Made by a program: the position numbers and the translations under genes | Assembly: GCA_965242925.1 (NCBI GenBank) | Contig: CBDEUM010000022.1 | Span: 192,001 to 256,000 of the forward strand | Direction: 5' to 3' | Length of the DNA: 64,000 nt | From: Roseibacillus sp. | GTDB lineage: Bacteria; Verrucomicrobiota; Verrucomicrobiia; Verrucomicrobiales; Akkermansiaceae | In this document: piece after piece, positions 62,479 to 64,000 of the stretch | How positions within the stretch are numbered: the first letter of the stretch is position 1 | Layout of the letters: each line of letters opens with the position of its first letter | Notes under the pieces: generated by a model | The model's database searches: none | What the model saw: only the letters and a program-made list of their open reading frames with translations | Told to the model about the DNA's origin: nothing

Positions 62479-63246
62479 ATGAAGCTCCTCCTCACCCTTG
62501 GCGCCAGCCTGACTCTCTCCGTTGCAGCCCAGACCGACGGCGAATCCAGCCCCCCCCCCGCCACGCCGTCAACCAGCACTCAACCGCTTCCACGGGCCAA
62601 GGCAGGGGCCCCGGAGAAGGCTGCCCTTCCCAGCAGGCTCGGAGACAGTTTCGCGAGGCGCCGCGCCCGCATCGCAGAAGCACGCAAGAAGGCCCGTGCC
62701 AGCGCCAGCAAGAAAAAGCCGGAAGCCGCAAAACTCGTCCTCCCTGCTGAGAGTGCCTCGGATGCAACACTGCCCGGCACATGGGTCCTGCAAAGCGAAA
62801 GCTTGGGCAAGTCGCTCACGGAGCAGTTCCAGGAGGCCGCCGGTAAGGGCGCCACCTTCAAGCTGGGAAAACTGGACGGTCACTATCTCGCCGAGATAAA
62901 TCCCGAGGACAGCAAGATCACGGTAAAATGGAATGAATGGAAAATGGAGAGCGTGACCACGCGGGGAGATATCGCAGTCACGCTGACCGTGACCGTAAAG
63001 GGCACCCAGGAGTACGAAATCGTGCAACTCACCAGCGGCACGAAGCCCGAGGGCCGGAAACTGCTGGTGAAACTGGTAAAGGATGACACCACATCAGAGA
63101 GTTTCTTCCAGGGATCCAAGATGCGGACCAAGGTGGATCTGCCCAAACTTCGCAGCGGGCACTGGGCCCTTCACGAAGGACTCCTCTACCTCCAGGGCTC
63201 CCTGCAGAAAGAGGCTTGGAAGTTCGACCGGAAATCGCCTGAGTAG
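62479..63246 (+). CDS. Secreted hypothetical protein (low-complexity N-terminus, beta-rich C-terminus)
   Basis: Signal peptide MKLLLTLGASLTLSVAA; LPGTWVL motif of lipocalin-like barrels. Confidence 0.65.
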   Translation: MKLLLTLGASLTLSVAAQTDGESSPPPATPSTSTQPLPRAKAGAPEKAALPSRLGDSFARRRARIAEARKKARASASKKKPEAAKLVLPAESASDATLPGTWVLQSESLGKSLTEQFQEAAGKGATFKLGKLDGHYLAEINPEDSKITVKWNEWKMESVTTRGDIAVTLTVTVKGTQEYEIVQLTSGTKPEGRKLLVKLVKDDTTSESFFQGSKMRTKVDLPKLRSGHWALHEGLLYLQGSLQKEAWKFDRKSPE

Positions 63247-63364
63247 CTTTCCCCGTCACTCTCTCCACCCGGAAGGGCGGTGGAATCCGTCAGCCTCAAC
63301 AGCTTCCGGACCTTTGGAGGTCAAAGGGCGGAAGATCGAATGACATTCCCCCATTCTCGATGAC

Positions 63365-64000
63365 TTACAGCAACTGCGTCTGCGCCAGGAGGCGGTAAGT
63401 TCCCTCCGCGGCAATCAGTTCGTCGTGATTCCCGGATTCCACGATCTTACCGCCCTGCATGACATAAATCCGATCGGCGTGCTTCACGGTCCCCAGACGG
63501 TGCGCAATAATCAGGCTGGTGCGGCCCTTCATCAGCTCATCCAGGGCTTCCTGCACAAGACGTTCGCTCTCCGAGTCAAGGGCACTGGTGGCCTCGTCCA
63601 GCAGAAGAATCTTCGGATCGGCAAGAATGGCGCGGGCGATCGCAATACGCTGCCTCTGACCGCCACTCAACTTCACCCCACGCGGCCCGACCGCGGTTTC
63701 GTAGCCTTCGGGAAACTCGCTGATGAACTCATGGGCATGGGCTTTGCGGGCAGCCTCTTCGATTTCCTCCCGGGTGGCTTCCGGTTTGCCATACCCGATA
63801 TTTTCCGCCACCGATCCACCAAAGAGGAGAACGTCCTGCGGAACAAGGGCCATCGCTCCGCGCAAGGTCGCAAGGGAAAGTTCAGCGACAGGATCACCAT
63901 CAATGAGAAGAGCCCCATCCTGCGGATCGTAAAAGCGCAGAAGTAGCGAGAAGAGGGTGGATTTACCCGCTCCGCTCTGGCCAACAAAGGCAATCCGCTC
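63365..64000 (-). CDS. ABC exporter ATPase domain (partial, 5' end outside window)
   Basis: Frame open to the window edge: [17 protein letters not shown] and [11 protein letters not shown]. Confidence 0.93.
   Translation of the reverse strand, partial: ERIAFVGQSGAGKSTLFSLLLRFYDPQDGALLIDGDPVAELSLATLRGAMALVPQDVLLFGGSVAENIGYGKPEATREEIEEAARKAHAHEFISEFPEGYETAVGPRGVKLSGGQRQRIAIARAILADPKILLLDEATSALDSESERLVQEALDELMKGRTSLIIAHRLGTVKHADRIYVMQGGKIVESGNHDELIAAEGTYRLLAQTQLL

Overview
This is a GC-rich bacterial chromosomal segment, most consistent with Verrucomicrobiota. That assignment is inferred from gene content (TSP3/LTD/CotH secreted protein, MoxR-DUF58-BatA cluster, N-terminally extended uS11, LpxL-GT9 fusion), not from a search. 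In order it holds: an LPS/surface-glycan locus (1-10 kb); STAS-grpE-dnaJ-rsmE and a Fur regulator; an orphan sugar-catabolism cluster (14.6-21.8 kb); argH; a CotH/LTD protein and an FG-GAP/ASPIC protein; lgt, an M42 peptidase, DAHP synthase, a 5'-nucleotidase and an ATE/Bpt-like transferase; rpsM-rpsK-rpsD, thrS and infC; a MoxR/Bat cluster; nusA-infB-rbfA-nrnA-truB-ribF; tRNA-Lys(UUU); and a partial ABC exporter. No CRISPR array, integrase or transposase was seen. Main points: (1) a two-gene module inserted between rbfA and nrnA encodes a small lipoprotein ending in three VPDPAE repeats, translationally coupled to a class III nucleotide cyclase-TPR protein with non-canonical base-specificity residues, behind a long AT-rich hairpin; (2) uS11, NusA and IF3 carry long tandem-repeat acidic extensions, each broken by single-base indels that are probably assembly errors; (3) ACTTGAA heptamer arrays abut the argH and thrS start codons; (4) a rimP-type leader survives without rimP, infC likely starts at AUC, and there are two HAD-hydrolase gene remnants.
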